Virus record (IMG/VR): IMGVR_UViG_3300035704_000011
Coordinates: 1-55,941 of that record
Origin: a virus
Taxonomy: Duplodnaviria; Caudoviricetes
Direction: 5' to 3' (one strand)
DNA: 55,941 bases
Positions 54,954-55,941 of the stretch are shown here, one piece after another. How positions within the stretch are numbered: position 1 is the stretch's first letter; each line of letters starts with the position of its first letter. The notes under the pieces were generated by a model. That model searched no databases, was not told the origin of the DNA, and saw only the letters and a list, made by a program, of their open reading frames with translations. Both the position numbers and the translations under genes were made by a program.

Positions 54954-55941
54954 ATGCCGATGCTTGACGTATTCCGAACTGATGCATTTTCGGTCACGAG
55001 CCTGACCGATGCGATCAGCAAGATTAAATATGTGCCGGGCCGCATTGGCAGCCTGGGCCTCTTCCGCGAGAGCGGCGTCTCGACCACCTCGGTGGTGATC
55101 GAGGAGCGCAACGGCGTCCTGACCCTGGTCGCGCCGACCCCGCGCGGGGGCCCCGGCCACACGATGCCGCTGCTGACCCGCGCCGCGCGCTCGTTCCGCG
55201 TGCCGCATTTCGAGGTCAATGACAACATCATGGCCGAGGAGGTCGAGGGCGTGCGCTCCTTCGGCTCAGAAACCGAGGTCGAGACCGTGCAGGGCAAGGT
55301 CGGCGATCACATGATTGACGCGACCAACTCGCTGGCTGCAACGCAGGAATATTCCCGCGTCGGCGCGGTGACCGGGATCATCACCTATGCCGACGGCAGC
55401 ACGATGAACCTGTTCGACGAGTTCGACGTGACCCCGCCCAGCGACGTCTATCTCGACCTGGAGGCGATGAGCCCGGTGTTGGGCGCGTTGCGCGTGGCGA
55501 TCACCGGGATTGCGCGCACGATCGGCAACGAGCTGAGCACCGTGCCGTTCAGCGGCCTATATGCGATCTGCGGCGACAATTTCTATGACACGCTGATCGC
55601 CCACCCAGAGGTGCGGGCTACTTATCTCAGCTATGCGGCAGCGGCCGATTTGCGGGCCCCGACCGTCAGCTCGCCGGCAACCGGCGGCAGCTGGGGCGCC
55701 TTCCCCTTTGCCGGCGTCATGTGGGACAATTATTTCGGCAAGGTCGGCTCGACCGATTTTGTCGATACCGACGAGGCGCAGATCTTCCCGCTCGGCGTGC
55801 CCAACCTGTTCCGCACCTATTACGCTCCGGCGGATCTGGTCGAGACCGTCAACACGATCGGCATGCGGCTCTATGCCAAGCAATACGAGATGCCGAACGG
55901 CAAGGGTGTGCACCTCGATATGCAGATGAACGGCCTGGAGA
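54954..55941 (+). CDS. Major capsid protein (lambda gpE family), N-terminal part; ends at 183 after circularisation
   Basis: MPMLDVFRTDAFSVTSLTDAISKIKYVPGRIGSLGLF...; AGGAG RBS; absent from ORF track because its stop is across the junction. Confidence 0.93.
   Translation, partial: MPMLDVFRTDAFSVTSLTDAISKIKYVPGRIGSLGLFRESGVSTTSVVIEERNGVLTLVAPTPRGGPGHTMPLLTRAARSFRVPHFEVNDNIMAEEVEGVRSFGSETEVETVQGKVGDHMIDATNSLAATQEYSRVGAVTGIITYADGSTMNLFDEFDVTPPSDVYLDLEAMSPVLGALRVAITGIARTIGNELSTVPFSGLYAICGDNFYDTLIAHPEVRATYLSYAAAADLRAPTVSSPATGGSWGAFPFAGVMWDNYFGKVGSTDFVDTDEAQIFPLGVPNLFRTYYAPADLVETVNTIGMRLYAKQYEMPNGKGVHLDMQMNGLE

Noticed and set aside
55815-55941. Biological terminal repeat
   Set aside because: The 127-bp length matches a common assembler k-mer, it lies mid-gene, and the phage has a cos-type terminase

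Overview
The window is an apparently complete, circular temperate phage genome of 55,814 unique bp (bases 1-127 repeat exactly at 55815-55941, a typical assembly overlap that splits the major capsid gene). It is high-GC and lambda-like, and the host is probably alphaproteobacterial (GapR-like and CtrA-like domains, tRNA-Phe attP). Modules: long non-contractile tail and many tail/fibre genes (0.2-19.3 kb); glycosyltransferase and lysis genes (19.5-23.2 kb); intact attP, tyrosine integrase, C5 methyltransferase, RecT/YqaJ recombination genes and a pentapeptide-repeat gene on the leftward early arm (23.4-34.1 kb); a CI/Cro switch with OL/OR operators (34.2-35.5 kb); replication genes and an unusually regulator-rich block (36-45 kb); cos site, terminase, portal, protease and capsid (46-55.9 kb). 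The most striking element is a minus-strand, separately promoted two-gene moron between gpW and portal (49308-50968). It encodes an IS110/Nop-fold protein with no nuclease domain and contains five hairpins of identical geometry (stem, CC-N motif, 9-nt spacer, TG..CCCA, 9-nt spacer, TG, stem). This matches a stem-loop TIGR-Tas-like RNA-guided DNA-targeting system, and four of the five guide units lie inside coding sequence. All calls come from reading the sequence by eye; no database searches were run.
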